Below, one piece after another: positions 1 through 12,770 of a stretch of DNA of 64,000 nt. The notes beneath the pieces are model-generated. The model was not told the DNA's origin. It saw nothing but the letters and a program-made list of their open reading frames with translations, and ran no database searches. Position numbers and translations under genes: made by a program. The stretch is from Ginglymostoma cirratum (Eukaryota), in assembly GCA_024137785.1 (NCBI GenBank), contig JAHRHZ010000043.1:5946834-6010833 (forward strand), read 5' to 3'. Each line of letters opens with the position of its first letter. Positions within the stretch are counted from its first letter, which is position 1.

Positions 1-2015
1 TTCAAGTCCCAGCTGCGTCTGAGATGTAGAATAGCATTTCTGAACAGGCTGATTAGGGAAGGTGCCTAGAGCAGGTTGGTAAGATTGGGAGAGTTTCCTG
101 GTCAGCCCAGCCCATGTGGTAGATCCAATGCAACAGCGTCCCCATGTCAACAAAATGCAAGGTGCGGTTTTGTACAGTGAGCTGCATTCTGCGCTAAAGG
201 TCTCCCCTCCTTCATGGGACTGACAAAAGGGAAGAAAAACCTACTCTGCTTCCATACATTTTTGCATGATTTAAATATGCAGTCCTACAACCATATTCTA
301 AACAGGAGAAATGTTGAAATGGGCATGACTCAGGCAAGAGGTTCACCAAACTGACAGGGAGTAGCCCTTGGGAAACAAACGAAGCGATTCATTGCTTGGC
401 AGATTGTCTGCTGCATCTGATTATATTGTGCAGCCCTTTATAGGGAAACGCCAAGCCTTCAGATGTCAATTTACTGCCTTCCGAATCTTTCAGCTAAATT
501 GGCAACTTGAAGAGCCTCCCTGCTACTTTGTGTTAGTGCAAGAAACATTGTCTTCAGAAGTCAATTGCTCATCATGTTCCATGGGGCTGGCTGCCACGAG
601 GGCTGTAGTTTCTGGGGTATTAATATTTGAGTGTCAAATGGGTGCGAAGCATCCCAATCTGGTGAATGAGGGTCCCACAGCAAAGACAATGGGACCATTT
701 TTTAAATTCATGCTATTCCCAGTCCACCTCAATGAACGGTCAATTTAAAAACAATCTTTTTCTTTCTGAAGGATTGTGTTTGCACGGCATGAGGAGGGGC
801 AGGACCACTGCACCCTCTCCCCACTAACTCAATCAGCTCTCACAGATCATGACAATCCCTGCTCCTCTCCCAAGGCTGCCTGGAGGGACACAACTCAACA
901 TCCATCGGCTGCAGCCCAGCATTGACTTCTTTGGCTGGATAAGTTTCCTCTGGAGACTGAGCAAGTGAGGACATTTTGCCCCACACTGTGCATGAAGACA
1001 TGATTTCAATAAGCCTTCAGCCTCTGGATCAGAAGCAGGTGTTGGTCATGCAGTATTGAGTGCAAGTCCTGAAAACAGAACCAAACCAACATCAAGCCCC
1101 AGACCTGCTGATTCTCCTGTATATGTGGACAGTTACCTCTTCAAACTCTTGAACATTTTCCTGTGATGATTAGACACTTGCCTTTGTAGATATTTTCTGT
1201 CATTCGCACTATCTGCATGTCAGCTGTTAGAATCCCGCTTGAAGGCTGTTTCCGCAAACCTTTCTTCAGATTGTTTTCTTCCAATGACCTCATACAAAAA
1301 AAGTTGTGAAAAGTGTAGAAGAGTGTAACTCATTATCATCCTGTATGGAATCACAGGGGAGAGTTCAGGCCATCAAGTCTTGCAGAGACTGACTAACCAT
1401 CTTCATTCTGTTTTCTCAGGGTGAAAGGGGGTAGGCTGAATGGGGTAGAGATGAGGATTTGGTAAGAACTATCAGAGGAACCTTGTTGAATTTCCGCTGT
1501 GAGTCTTGTGGATGGTACTCAATGAGCTATTGTGTGTAGGTGGTGGAGGGAGTGCAAGATTTGTAGATGGGATGCTAATCGTGAATAATATCAAGCTTCT
1601 TGAGTGTTGTTGGAGCTGCACCCATCCAGGCAAGTGGGGAGTATTCATCACACTCCTGATCACTGTCTCCATTTGTTCATCGTATGAAAAATACTCCTCA
1701 AGGTGGCACGAGTCCTCCAAGCTCTCTCACACACACCAGGTGGCTTGCTGCCACATGCAAAACTCAGACGTCCACATCCAAAGAAACAAGATTAATGGAA
1801 ACTGATGGAATGGTGGATAGGCAGTGAGAAGACAGGAAGTGAGTTACTCCGCAGAGAATTCCCAGCTGCTGGCTATTCTCGTGGTATTTATACAGCTAGT
1901 TCCATTCAGTTTCTAAATATTGGCAGCCCTCAGGATGTTAATTGTGGTGGATGCAGTGATGATAATCCCATTGAATATCTATGGCAGATGGTTAGCTACA
2001 ATACAGATGCTATCT

Positions 2016-2240
2016 GGGTGGCATGGTGGCTCAGTGGTTAGCACTGCTGCCTCATAACTTCAGGGACCTGAGTTCAATTCCAGCCTCAGTTGACTGCCTG
2101 TGTGGAGTTTGCATGCTCTCCCCATGTCTGCATGGGTTTCCTCTGGGTGCTCTGGTTTCCTCCCACCGTGCAAAGATGTACAGGTTAGATGGATTAGCCA
2201 TGCTATGCTGTCCAGGGATGTGCAGACTAGGTGGGATAGA
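2016..2240 (+). mobile_element. HE1-like V-SINE (tRNA-derived)
   Basis: A box tggctcagtgg, B box agttcaattcc, V-domain ctgtgtggagtttgcatgctctccccatgtctgcatgggtttcc. Confidence 0.85.
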
Positions 2241-2835
2241 CCAACATAACAGCTACAAGAGCAGGTCTGATGCTAGGTATTTTGCTGGGTGTAACTCACC
2301 TCCTGACTCCTCAAAGCCTGTCCACGTCAACAAGGCACAAGTCAGGAGGGTGATGGAATCCTCCCCATTTGCCTGGATGCGTGCAGCTCCGACAACACCC
2401 AAGAAGCATGACATCATCCAGGACAAAACAGCCTGTTTTATTCGCACCACATCCACAAGCATTCAATCCCTCCACTCTCCGAGGCTCAGTAGCAGCAGTG
2501 TGTACCATCTAGAAAATGCACTGCAGCAACTCAACTTTGACCAGGTCTTGCAAACTTATGACCTCTACCACATTGAAGGACAAGGGCAGCAGATACTTTG
2601 GTACATCACCAGCTCTACATTTCCCTCGAAGCCACTCACATCCTGACTTGGAAGTTACTGTCACTGGCTCAAAATGCTGGAATTCTGTCCCGAAGTGCTT
2701 TATAGCTCTATCCATACCACATGGACGGCAATGTTTCAAGAAGGCACCTCACCACCACCGACTCCTCCAGGGCAATTAAGGATGGGGAGTAAATACTGGT
2801 CCAGCCAGTGATATTCAAATCCCATGAATGCCAAA
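2240..2835 (+). mobile_element. CR1-type LINE 3' fragment
   Basis: KAQVRRVMESSPFAWMRAAPTT.KKHDIIQDK; tail gggcaattaaggatggggagtaaatactgg. Confidence 0.8.
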
Positions 2836-3987
2836 AAATAATTTAATCCTCACTTCTTCTGCAATTAACATACATTGGGTACATTCCATAACATGCAACC
2901 TTCTGTGATTTGCAGTTGTGAAATTCAATGGGAACATTCCATTGTCTGTTGGTGAATGGTAACGTAGCCAATGGGAGTAATTCTGACTGTCTACCCAGAG
3001 AAACCCAATGATTCAAAGCAGGGTAAGTAGCAGAGCACTATTTTGACTTTGAAGGTGTTAGTCAGAAATGAAGGTGTGTCAGCATGATCTTATAGATACG
3101 AACACAATATAGAAAATGCAAATCTGAAATATGACTTCAAACAAAACCTTATCAGGTATCTCATAAGGTCAACATTCAAACTAATAAAAGACTAATTTTG
3201 GACTTGTGAGAAAATTCGCCTTGCGCGATGAGTCAGAACTATGAGGGAACACAGAGACTGACTAAGTGCATCCTCCCAATTGCCTTGGAATGTTCTATTT
3301 TGTTAAAGGTTCTACCTAAATCTGAGCTGTTGTTATTGCATTACTGAGGGCTTTGGGAGGATTTATAGAAATGTGAATCTTCCATTTTATAATAAAAATA
3401 AATTTTTGGTTTCCCAATATAACACTAATACACACCTTCAACTGTAGTGGGATCAAAACCATCAAAATACCATGTGTGTCATTTGTTAAGCTGAATGCAA
3501 TGTTATTTATAAACCTTATATTGCCTTAGGCCAAAAACAATTCTCAGAAAAATCACGTCACTCAGGAAAAGTGATTCACCAGGCTGTGACGTCTTATCTG
3601 AACCCCTTCCATTTTTCTCAGCAACCGAAAGTGAACCAAATCCAATTCCATCAGTGAGTCGAACCTGAGGTGTTTACATGGCCTCTTGCTGTGCAGGGTA
3701 GTTACTGAGTGAAGCAACCGAGCTGGTGGACACGTGTCAACAGAGCGAGCTCAATGCTTGCCTGGTATCACTTCCCTGATGCCAGACCTTGCCCTTCTCA
3801 ATGAACTGACCCCTACCTGAGAGAGTCGGGCACTGTCCTTCTAGCCTCCAGTGGGATTTGCTTTTTTGCCACCCTTGTCCTCTCATGACTGTATTGGTTT
3901 GGTGTTCGCTGTCTGCCAGCTCTGTGCGGAATATGTTTTATTATGCTAAAGGCTCTACTGAAGTCTAAGTTGTTGCTGCTTGAAGGA

Positions 3988-4056
3988 GTCAGAAGTCACA
4001 CGACACCAGGTTATAGTCCAACAGGTTTATTTGAAATCACAAGCTTTCGGAGCGTT
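3988..4056 (-). mobile_element. Family C PLE-type 3' end (3' half of an HHR motif)
   Basis: Minus strand gctccGAAAgcttgtgatttcaaataaacctgttggactataacctggtgtcgtgtgacttct; truncated before the CUGANGA box. Family assignment is from recall. Confidence 0.55.
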
Positions 4057-4977
4057 GGCCCTTTGCTGTTTCTCACGAAATTTTCTCTTTGCCCCATAGC
4101 AACCTGCTACGGGCTGCATACTTCCCTTTAATGACATTGTCTGAGCGACAGATACTGTTCATGATGACTGGGTTTGGGGTGGGGGCGTGCGATCTCCTTT
4201 GCTTTAGTTCAGGTTGTGCCCCCCACCTCCGGTCTTCCTACGTCCACCTGACAGGCTTTGGCTCGCATCCACAAGACGCTTCAGTGTGGGAGAGGTGGGA
4301 AGATTCGGTCAGCGACGACTGAGTGAGAACATTGACCAATCAGGCCAATCTGATGAAATCAGGGATCAGAGGTCATTCTGGTAAATGTTTGTTGCTTGGT
4401 CAGTATTTGGGATGGCTTCTGTGCCCTGGGTTTGCCTTTCCCGTAGAAATATAGAATCCCTACTGTGTGGAAACAGGCCATTCAGCCCATTAAGTCCACA
4501 CCGACCCTCCAAAGAGGGTCATGTGGCATTATGTGCACACCCATGAGCTTTTGTTCGACGCAAGCCAATGAGAAGGCAAGAATTGCCTTCAGGCTTGTGC
4601 TGCTTTGTAATACAGACTAAATTCCACAATACATGATTATCAGAGACAAACCAGCCTCTCATCTCACTGGTGTATTATTGAAAGATTAATTCCATGAACT
4701 CTATCACCTTATACTAGTCAGTCTACTTGACATCCTTCCCACATGTGTTTCGCTCTTCTTCATGTCTCTGAGTCTTTAACTCCACCCACACTTAGCTACT
4801 TATGCCCATTGAGGAACAGCTCAATGACATCCTCATAAGGTTGCTCCAGGATCATACATCCCTTATACAACAGGTTAGAATCATAGAAATAATTGCAGCT
4901 CCAAAGGAGGATATTCAGCCCATTGTGTTCCTGCTGGGTCTCTGCTAATCTCTTGCCCCTTCCTCACAATCACATTC

Positions 4978-5475
4978 ACAGAGTCATACAGCACAGAAAC
5001 AGACCTTACGGTCCAACACATCCATGCTGACCAGATATCCTAAACTGATCTAGTCCCATTTGCCAGCATTTAGCCTATATCCCTCTAAACTCTTCCTATT
5101 CATGTACCCATCCAGATGCTTTTTAAATGTTGTAATTGTACCAGACTCCTCCACTGCATTCCATACATGCACCACATTCTGCGTGACAATGCCGCCCCTC
5201 AGGTCCCTTTTAAATTTTTCTCCTCTCACCCTGAACCTATGCCCTCAGGTTTTGGACTCCTCTAACCTGGTGAAAAGACCTTGGCTTTCACCCTATCCGT
5301 GCCCCTCATGATTTTATAAACATCTATGAGGTCACCCCTCAGCCTCCAATGCACCAGGGAATAAAGTCCTATCCTATTCAGCTTCTCCCTACAGCTCAAC
5401 CCTTCCGATCCCGGCAACATCCTTGTAAATCTTTTCTGAACCCTTTCAAATTTAACAATATCTTTCCTTTTGCAG
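4978..5475 (-). mobile_element. HER1-like CR1 LINE 3' end
   Basis: Reverse complement of the copy at 12175-12770; ends in a ctatgactct-type tail. Confidence 0.8.
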
Positions 5476-6384
5476 GGAGTCCTGCAAAGACTTCTTTTTC
5501 AGGAGTCTATATACCCTTTTGAATCTACTTCATCCTCAGCACATTCCAGATCCTAACGAATTGCTGGATACATAGGTTGTTCCTCAAGTTGCAGGTGGTC
5601 CTTTGGCCCATTACCTTAAATCCTTTGCTTTTTCAACACTTCCATCAGTGGGAATAGTAACCTCGCCAGACCCTTCATGATTTTGAACTCATCTATCTAA
5701 TCCCGTCTCATTCCTCTCATCTGCCTAAACAGTCCCAGCTCCTCCAATCTATCCACATTACTGATAATCCCAGCTGATGGCAACATTGAACAAGTCAGAT
5801 TCTAAAGTATGGCTTGATAGGCCATAAAATTTATTGTCTTCTTCTTTTTCTTTACTGTGGAGGCCAGACACTGAGCATATTCACAAGAGCTTGCCAGTAT
5901 ACTTATCACAGAAGTACGTAAAATCTTATTACACAAAAGAAAAATACAAGCTTTTACACGCTATACAAGAACCATGTTAAAATGGCCTTACTACAAATGT
6001 CAGAATGAAAACTTGATCTCTTTTCTCCCAACAACACACTTAGGCTCACCAACAATCATCCCATCTCCAACTAAAGCTCCTTGTTCAATTGGCATGGTTG
6101 TAATTAGTTTTCTTTTTATCAAAGTTCTGCCCAGTTACTTAATTGTGTTTTATTTCGATAATGTTTCTTCCTGAGACCCTTACACAAGCCGTGAATTCAA
6201 CTCAATTTCCACTTAACATGTCTTCAACAGCCTTGTAGCCTTTCCTCTCTGATACCTCAACAACCTTTTTCTGGCCTTTTCACCTAAATAACTCAGGATT
6301 TCTCCCCTTCTGCCCTGACTGTTTTGAAGACTGCTAAACTAACAGCACCTCTGTCATTAAGGACCTGTGAAGGGGAAGCCATGG

Positions 6385-6700
6385 AATCCAGCAACCCCCA
6401 GGTTGATGTTCTGGGGGCATGGATTTGAACCCCACAATGGTAGGTGGCAAAATTTGAATTTAATAAAAGGCTGGTCTAATTGCAAACGAGCAACCATTGT
6501 AATCATAGTAAAATCTATTGGTTCATTAATGTCCTTTAGGGCAAGGAAATCTGCCTTCCTAACCTGGTCTAGCCTGCATATGACTCCAGATCCACATTAA
6601 CATTACTGATTTTTAATTGTCCTCTGGGCAACTAGGGATGGGCAATAAATACTGGCCCAGTCAGCAATGCCCACATCCTGTGGATAATTGTTTAAAAAAA
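6385..6700 (+). mobile_element. Second tRNA-derived SINE family (tail gggcaactagggatgggcaataaat shared with a CR1-type LINE)
   Basis: Body taatgtcctttagggcaaggaaatctgcc...tgactccagatccac is repeated about 10 times in the window. Confidence 0.75.
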
Positions 6701-7015
6701 TTCTTTTGATTGAACCAGTTACTGTCTGAATGAGCATGCTCTGCACCTCTCTCTTTCTCACTGGGTTGTTAACCTCAAAGTCAGAGAATATCCGAACCAC
6801 GTTCTCTGCAGGGAGCCAGCTCTCATTTGGATGAAATCACGTGATTTCTTGGAAACAATGCCTTGAACTCAACCATTCAAAAAAAAAATGACCCCTCTAA
6901 AACAGTCAGATCAAATGTAAAAGCTCCCAAACAATCATAATAAATTATGAATCTTCAGCTCAATTCCTCAGACCATTCTTGGAAATCTTATCTGCACACT
7001 GTCTCAGATATTCAA

Positions 7016-7150
7016 TAAAAACTGAAAGAACTGCGGATGCTGTAAATCAGAAACAAAAACAGAAATTGCTGGAAAGGATCCCCAGGCCTGGCAACATCTC
7101 TGGAGAGAAATCAGAGTTAACGTTTCGAGCCCTGTGACCCTTCCTCAGAC
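7016..7150 (-). mobile_element. Family B HHR-bearing short element, monomer
   Basis: Minus strand ctgaggaagggtcacagggctcgaaacgttaactct...tttacagcatccgcagttctttc. Confidence 0.75.
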
Positions 7151-7299
7151 CTCCATGATGAATCCAATCCAGTACTTTAAAAAAATACATCTGAACATCT
7201 TTGCTTTTGTGCTCTGTACCTCTACGTATAAAATCTCTGGTGTCCTGGAAGCATTTTCCCAGCTTTCTCAGCCTACCCTGACACCTTTGTCATCAGAAT

Positions 7300-7465
7300 C
7301 AAGATGTGCAGGCTAGATCGATTGGCCATGCTAAATCGCCCATAGTATTCAGGAATGTGTAGGTTAGGTGGGTTATAGGGGGATGGGTCTGAGTGGGAAG
7401 CTCTGAGTGTCAGTGTGGACTTGTTGGGCCGAAGGGCCTGTTCCCACACTGTAGGGATTCTATGA
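7300..7465 (+). mobile_element. HE1-like SINE, 3' half
   Basis: aagatgtgcaggctag...gggccgaagggcctgttcccacactgtagggattctatg (CR1-type tail). Confidence 0.8.
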
Positions 7466-7499
7466 GTAAACCAGAGCCCCAGACTAATTCTCCAGGGAT

Positions 7500-7626
7500 A
7501 AAAGGTACTGCAGATGCTGGAGAATCCGAGATAACAAGCATGGGGCTGGATGAACACAGCAGGTCAAGCAGCATCATAGGAGCAGGAAAACTTGACGTTT
7601 CGGGCCTAAACCCTTCATCAGAAATG
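7500..7626 (-). mobile_element. Short HHR-bearing PLE-derived element, family A monomer
   Basis: Minus strand atttCTGATGAagggtttaggcccGAAAcGTCaagt...; flanked by ctccagggat repeats (7490-7499, 7627-7636); inserted in a SINE. Confidence 0.8.
7590..7625 (-). ncRNA. Minimal hammerhead ribozyme, intact core
   Basis: auuu-CUGAUGA-a-gggu(uuag)gccc-GAAA-c-GUC-aagu; stem I auuu/aagu. Confidence 0.75.
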
Positions 7627-8959
7627 CTCCAGGGATTCTCCAGGGATTTGGGTTTGAATTCCACCATGACAGACGATGAATTTTATATTCAATGAAAAAA
7701 TCTGGAATTAATGGATAGTCTAATTGTGTCCGCTATTAAAGCTTATTATTATTAAAAACCCATCTGGTTCCCTACGATCCTTTAGGGTAGGAAATCTTCC
7801 CAGGTTTGGCCTACATGTGACTCCAGACCCACAGCAATGTGCTTGGCTCTTAACTGCCCTCTGGGATACTCTAGACAGCCAATCAGTTCAAGAGTAGCTG
7901 GGGATGGGGTAGAATTGCTGGCCTTGCCTGTGACACCCTATCAAGAACATACTTAAAAACTGGCCTCACCTTTGTGCTTATGGGCTGCAGTGGTCTTCAC
8001 GAGATTGGAATTTTACATCACTTTCTGCCTTGATTCACACATTCGAAGCAGCTCGTTAGATTCAGGAATGGTAAAGCAACTACTTAGCCCTGTAGCCCAG
8101 AAAGGAATAGTGTCTTCTGGATTTATGAATGAACTGGGACGAGGCAGGGAGATAGGAAGTGTAACCTTCTAACATCCAACCGTCAGGGAATGGTGGGTTT
8201 CAGCAACGTTTCCCATGAGTTTACACCACCTCTACAAAGGTGCAGAACGGAATGGGTTAACTGCAGAACATGTAAAGGATCAATGTAGGGTTAATGATCA
8301 TGGTTGTCACATTAACCGAGGCTGTCTGAAGAAACAAAGTCATTCACAATTAGTCCAGCACCAATTTCCCATCTGCTAAATGCTGGCAACCTGCCAATCC
8401 AGACCTCCGAATATCTACTAAGTGGCAGTGAAAGGCAACACAGAGTAGACCCCTCCCCAAGGCAAATAGGGACTTTTATTAGGCATTACACAGCAATCAT
8501 TAGCCCCCCGAGGCCTGGCCTTTCTCTATGTCCTTGGGAACTAAACATAAAGGATCATTCCCCACCCAGCACTGCCTCCTGCCTCCCTCATCACAGGCCC
8601 CAGCTCTTCCCCTGTGACAGAACTGACTCTTCTACATCTCAAACAAAAGCTGCAAACAGTTGCCGATCTGGGAGTGGACCCAGTTAATAATGTTAATACA
8701 GTGAAAGTATTCTCTCCCCGACCTCCCTGAAGTGAGCTTGGTCCAGTCTGCAGTCTGCAGTCTGCACCCAAACTGCACAGAACATTGCACTGTCTGTTCT
8801 GAGCATCACCCTTTAGAAATGACATCATTCTATAAAGCTGTTGGCCTGAAGGGATTAACTTGGGAGCTTTGAAATAGCTCCACTTCCCCCCTGTTAAATA
8901 CATAACAGTACGTGGGAGGAGCTAGTCAGTTCTTAGTAGAAACGCCATTTTTTGTTATT

Positions 8960-9272
8960 TCAGGCGATGCTGGCATCATTGGCAGGGCCAACATTGTCCC
9001 TAGTTGCCCCTTGAGAAGGTGGGGGTGAGCTGCCTTCTTGAACCGCTGCAGTCCACCTGCTGTGGATCGACCCACAATGCCACTGGGGAGGGAATTCCAG
9101 GATTTTTACCCAGTGACAGCAGAGAATCGGCAATATATTTTCAAGTCAGGACGGTGAGTGGCTTGGAGGGCAACTTGTAGATGGTGGTATTCCCAGGTAT
9201 CTGCTGGGATAGTGGTAGTGATCGTGGGTTTGCAAAGCGCTCTCTAAGGAGCCTGAGTGAATTTCTGCAGCG
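8960..9272 (-). mobile_element. CR1-type LINE 3' tail
   Basis: ccttgagaaggtgggggtgagctgccttcttgaaccgctgcagtcc; similar tails at 9790-9958 (+), 27410-27645 (-) and 59435-59745 (-). Confidence 0.75.
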
Positions 9273-9498
9273 CAATAATGTTGGAATAGTTTTCTGCAGC
9301 TGGCCTCTGGTTCTGCTAGGATCATCTTCAGGTCAATTTGCTGCCAAACTTTTTGTAAAACTAGTCTCCAGAGTTTACTCGTATTCAGTGATAAAGAGAT
9401 TATCCATGAAGATGTCTTCAGCAGAAGATGCTTGCATTTCAGGAATTAGAGGCTGTTTATTACATAATGGTAAATTAACAGATTACGCTAATTTAAGA

Positions 9499-9762
9499 TT
9501 CATAGAATCTCTACAGTGTGGAAGCAGGCCATTCAGCCCATTGAGTCCACACCGACCCTCTAAAGAGCAACCCAACCAGACCACCTCCCTATACTATATC
9601 TGTAACCATGCATTTCCCATGGCCAATCCACCTAACCTGCACATCTTTGGACTGTGGGAGGAAATCGGACCACCCGGAGGAAACCCACGCAGACACGGGG
9701 AGAATATGCAAACTCCACACAGACAGTCTCCCAAAGCTGGAATTGAACCCAGGTCCTTGGCC
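9499..9762 (-). mobile_element. HE1-like V-SINE
   Basis: Reverse complement of the V-domain and tail (ggaggaaacccacgcagacacggggagaatatgcaaactccacacagacag). Confidence 0.85.
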
Positions 9763-10596
9763 ACATCTGATGAGATGGAAGATACATTGATACCTCCGAA
9801 GAATCCCTCCCTAAGGGCATTGTGGGGCTACCTACAGCACATAGACTGCAGTGGTTCAAGAAGGCAGCTCACCACCACCTTTTCAAGGGCAACTAGGGAT
9901 GGGCAATAAATGTTAGCCCAGCTGGTGATGCCAACATCGCCTGACAGAATAAAAAAAAGAGCTTCTCCTAAGAGCCATGGAACTGACTATTGCCAGATCC
10001 ATACATAGCTGCCGAATGCTAAATCGAACTAACTGAGTGATCCCACAAACTACAAATCAGATCTGAGCTCTGCAGTCCTGCCACATCCAGTTGTGAATGG
10101 TGGTGAACATTTAAACAACTCATTGGAAGAGGATGCTCCACAAATATCCCCATCCTCAATGCTGGAAGAGCCCAGCCCATCAGTGCAAAAGATAAGGCTG
10201 AAGCTTTTGCAACTATCACCAACCAGAAGTGCCGAGTGGATGATCCATCTCGACCTCCTCCAGTGTTCCCCAGTATGACAGATACCAGTCTTCAGCCAAT
10301 TCAATTCACTCCACATGATATCAAGAAACAGTTGGAGACACTGGATACTGCAAAGGCTATGGGCCCTGACAACATTTCGGCAATGGTACTGAAGACTTGT
10401 GCTCCAGAACTTGCCGCTCTCCTAGCCAAGCTGTTCCAGTACAGTTACAACACTGATACCTACCTGACAATGTGGAAAATTGCCCAGTGATGTCCTGTAC
10501 ATAAAAATTACCACCCTATCAGTCTACTCTCGATCATCAGCGAGTGATGGAAGGTGTCATCAACAGTGCTATCAAGCAGCACCTGCTCGGCAATAA

Positions 10597-10811
10597 AAAC
10601 CAAAAGAACTGCGGACGCTGTAAATCAGGAACAAAAGTGATGGAAAAGCTCAGCAGGTCTGGCAGCATCTGTGAAGGAAAAAACAGAGTTAATATTTTGG
10701 GTCCGGTGACCTTTCCTCAGAACTCAGTAATTGGATCTGAAACGTTAATTCTGTTTTTCCTTCACAGATGCTGCCAGACCTGCTGAGCTTTTCCAGCAAC
10801 TTTGTTTTTAT
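10597..10811. mobile_element. Family B fold-back dimer inserted in a CR1 LINE
   Basis: Inverted arms (gaaaagctcagcaggtctggcagcatctgtgaagg / ccttcacagatgctgccagacctgctgagcttttc); diverged TSD acctgctcggcaataa / acctgctcaacaacaa (10581-10596, 10812-10827). Confidence 0.85.
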
Positions 10812-11059
10812 ACCTGCTCAACAACAACCTGCTCAGTGACGCCCAGTTTGGGTTCTGCCAGGGCCACTCAACTCCTGACCTCATTATACCATTTGTTCAA
10901 ACATAAATAAAAGAGCTGAACTCCAGAGGTGAAGTGTGAGTGACAGCCCTTGGCATCAAGGCCACATTCGACCAAGTGTGGCATCAAGGAGTCCTGGCAA
11001 AACCGAATCAATGAGCATCGGGGGGGGGGCAAACTCTCTGCTGGTTGGAGTCAGACAAT

Positions 11060-11745
11060 GAGACAACATGGTAGAGATGGCAGGCTAGGGGATGTTCAGG
11101 TTCCTGGCCCATCCACGCCCTGAATGACCTCATCCTTCTTTTTTTTTATTTTATTTTTCTTCATTTAACTTCTGAATCAAATTCATTTTCTCTCCTTCCT
11201 GTGGCTGGAGCGAAGTTGCGGGGATCTGTTGAGCGGTGGATCTGTTCCATTTCCTCATGGCCACGATGGTAGTGCCCTGAGCAACTGCTCAGAGTCGACG
11301 AGTTGGGATCCCGTTCTTTCCCTCTGACCTTTCGGCGGGGTCTGCAACAGCAGCGGTGTGAATGCTCGCTCGAGCGAATGATCTCTTAGCCCCTCAGGAG
11401 GTGGGATGGTCCCCGGTCCTGGTTATGGTGGCAGCTGGAGCATCGGTAGTGATGAGGTAGCATTTGGCTGATGTGATGTTCTGGGTCTGGGCAGCAGCAG
11501 CAGGGTGGCTGTTCCAGTGTGCTTCCCCCTCGGTGTCGCAGCTTCAGGGAATCATTTGGAGGCTGTGGAATGAAGCGTTGTCCCGTAGCTGCATAGAAAA
11601 TCACGAAGCCATGTAGAGAACAAAAAATGTAATTTGCCAAACTTTGTATGATTTATTTCTTTTCATACTTGACATAATTAAAATGGCACCGGCTTATGGT
11701 GACTTATTCACATTTTACTGTATTTTCATAAATACCTGTAACAAT
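11060..11745 (+). mobile_element. Unclassified non-autonomous insertion with a Rex/Babar-like 3' tail
   Basis: Interrupts the CR1 RT; T-tract, then a GC/CpG-rich body, ending aaaatggcaccgg...ttttactgtattttcataaatacctgtaacaata. Confidence 0.4.
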
Positions 11746-11747
11746 AT

Positions 11748-12046
11748 GTGGTGGCTCAGTGGTTAGCACTGCTGCCTCATAGCGCCAGGGACCCGGGTTC
11801 GATTCCACCCTCGGGCGACAGTCTGTGCGGAGTTTGCACATTCTCCCCGTGTCTGCGTGGGTTTCCTGCGGGTGCTCCGGCTTCCTCCCACAATCCAAAG
11901 ATGTGCAGGTTAGGTGGATTGGCCATGCTAAATTGCCCATAGCATTCAGGGATTGTAGGTTAGGGGGATGGGTCTGGGTGGGATGCTCTGAGGCTCGGTG
12001 TGGACTTATTGGGCCGAAGGGCCTGTTTCCAAACTGTAAGGATTCT
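11748..12046 (+). mobile_element. HE1-like V-SINE, near full length and CpG-rich (young)
   Basis: gtggctcagtggttagcactgctgcctcatagcgccagggacccgggttcgattcc, followed by V-domain and tail. Confidence 0.9.
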
Positions 12047-12174
12047 CTTCTCTTCTCCGAAATAAATTACAATGACTGTTATCACCCGGCACACAGGAAG
12101 GGGCAGTTGGAGGTCAGTCATCTCAGCTCCAGGACATGTCTACATGAGTTACCCTAGTGTAGAGGTACATAATT

Positions 12175-12770
12175 AACTAGTTCAGAAATGTATATGTGTT
12201 GCGGCTGTACAGGACATTGGTGAGGCCACTTTTGGAATACTGCTTGCAATTCTGGTCTGCCTGCTACATGAAGGATGTTGTTAAATTTGAAAGGGTTCAG
12301 AAAATATTTACAGGATGTTGCCAGGGTGGGAGGGTTTGAGCTATAGGGAGAGGCTGAATAGGCTGGGGCTATTTTCCCTGGAGTGTCAGAAGCTGAGGAG
12401 TGACCCTATAGAGGTTTATTAAATCATTAGAGATATGGATAGGGTGAATAGCCAAGGATTTTTCCCCAGGGTAGGGGATTCCAAAACTAATGGACTTAGC
12501 TTTAATATGAGAGGGGAAAGATTTAAAAGAGGAGCAACTGCTTCATGCAGGGGGTGGTGCGTGTATGGAATGAGCTGCCAGAGGAAGCGGTGGAGGCTGG
12601 TACAATTGTAACATTTAAAAGGCACCTGGACAGGTATATGAATAGGAAGGGTTTAGAGGAATATGCGCCAAATGCTAGCTAATGGGACTGGATTAATTTA
12701 GAATATCTGGTCAGCGTGGATGAGTTGGGCTGATGGATCTGTTTCCATGCTGTACATCTCTATGACTCTA
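12175..12770 (+). mobile_element. HER1-like CR1 LINE 3' end
   Basis: LYRTLVRPLLEYC.QFWS..., LERVQK.FT, LSY.ERL motifs; ends tctatgactcta. Confidence 0.85.

Larger units (their letters stand above)
7468..7957 (+). mobile_element. Second SINE family copy interrupted by an HHR element
   Basis: aaaaacccatctggttc...ggcctacatgtgactccagacccacagcaatgtg. Confidence 0.75.

Noticed and set aside
1136-1341. Minus-strand segment with a good acceptor and donor
   Set aside because: All three frames contain stops and no homology is recognisable; cannot be supported as coding.
2023-2646. 207 aa ORF and the recurring MVAQWLALLPH / CTSLDCGRKPEH peptides
   Set aside because: Translations of HE1 SINE and CR1 fragments, not a gene family.
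9181-9909. 242 aa ORF
   Set aside because: Runs through a LINE tail, unique DNA, an antisense HE1 SINE and another LINE tail; a chance chimeric frame.
11748-11815. tRNA-like sequence with A and B boxes
   Set aside because: It is the head of a SINE and continues into the V-domain; no stand-alone tRNA gene was seen in the window.
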